Source of the DNA: Squalus acanthias
Lineage: Eukaryota
Length of the DNA stretch: 64,000 nt
Assembly: GCA_030390025.1 (NCBI GenBank)
Contig: CM059432.1
Coordinates: 118,856,001-118,920,000, forward strand
Direction of reading: 5' to 3'
Positions 63,571 through 64,000 of the stretch are shown here, in pieces (within the stretch, counting starts at the first letter, position 1; every line of letters begins with the position of its first letter). The position numbers and the translations under genes are program-made. Under the pieces are notes generated by a model. It did not search any database. It worked only from the letters and a program-made list of their open reading frames with translations, and was not told the origin of the DNA.

Positions 63571-63654
63571 GGCCGCCATCTTCACTCCCTTAAGTTCAAG
63601 CGACACAGAATTGAAAGTTTGTGGCACATAAATGGTTTACCCATTCATCGCTAG

Positions 63655-64000
63655 ATCTGGCTGGCTGGACCATAGCAAGCATTATCGGGCCCTGCTCTCC
63701 TCTGCCAAAACTGTTCACTACTCCAGGATCATCCTGGAATACCAAGATAACCCCGGCTTCTTTTCTCCATTACCAATCCTCTTCTTAACCCCTTTTCCCC
63801 TGCCCCCTCCACCCTTACCTCCAAAACAATTGTGAGGAGCTCATGGAATTTGTCACTAAGATTGAGATCAGTCATTCAGCTGCCTCTGCTGCACCCCTCA
63901 ATTCCCATAGCTCACCAAGCCAAACATCCCCCAAGGATCCCCCTGAAACGCATCTTTTTCTGGTTTCTCCGATCTCCCCTCATGTCCTCTCCAAGCTCAT
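63655..64000 (+). mobile_element. L2 LINE fragment running off the window end
   Basis: 63910-64000 homologous to 7410-7520; SSAKTVHYSRII motif. Confidence 0.7.

Overview
Vertebrate genomic DNA, almost certainly from a cartilaginous fish/shark (inferred from the repeat families). The window lies inside the NETO1 gene (+ strand). Two coding exons are visible at 61201-61242 (DPEFAHLGALKPLP) and 61353-61480 (start of CUB2); the first ~61 kb appears to be one large intron. That intron is packed with transposable elements: CR1-group and L2 LINEs, Deu-domain and tRNA-headed SINEs, many PIF/Harbinger MITEs, a decayed two-gene Harbinger transposon, a Mag-type Gypsy element with ~120-bp LTRs, a 1.6-kb solo-LTR-like insert, Penelope-like elements and an RPS13 processed pseudogene. 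Positions 11763-28745 form a ~17-kb nest of stacked insertions whose order can be reconstructed from their junctions. The most striking unannotated signal is a set of minimal type I hammerhead ribozyme motifs (CUGANGA-A-stem II-GAAA-palindromic stem III-UU) in two distinct short Penelope-type repeat families. One copy is attached to a GIY-YIG ORF and one forms a head-to-head hairpin. All calls were made by eye with no database searches; boundaries of old repeats are approximate.
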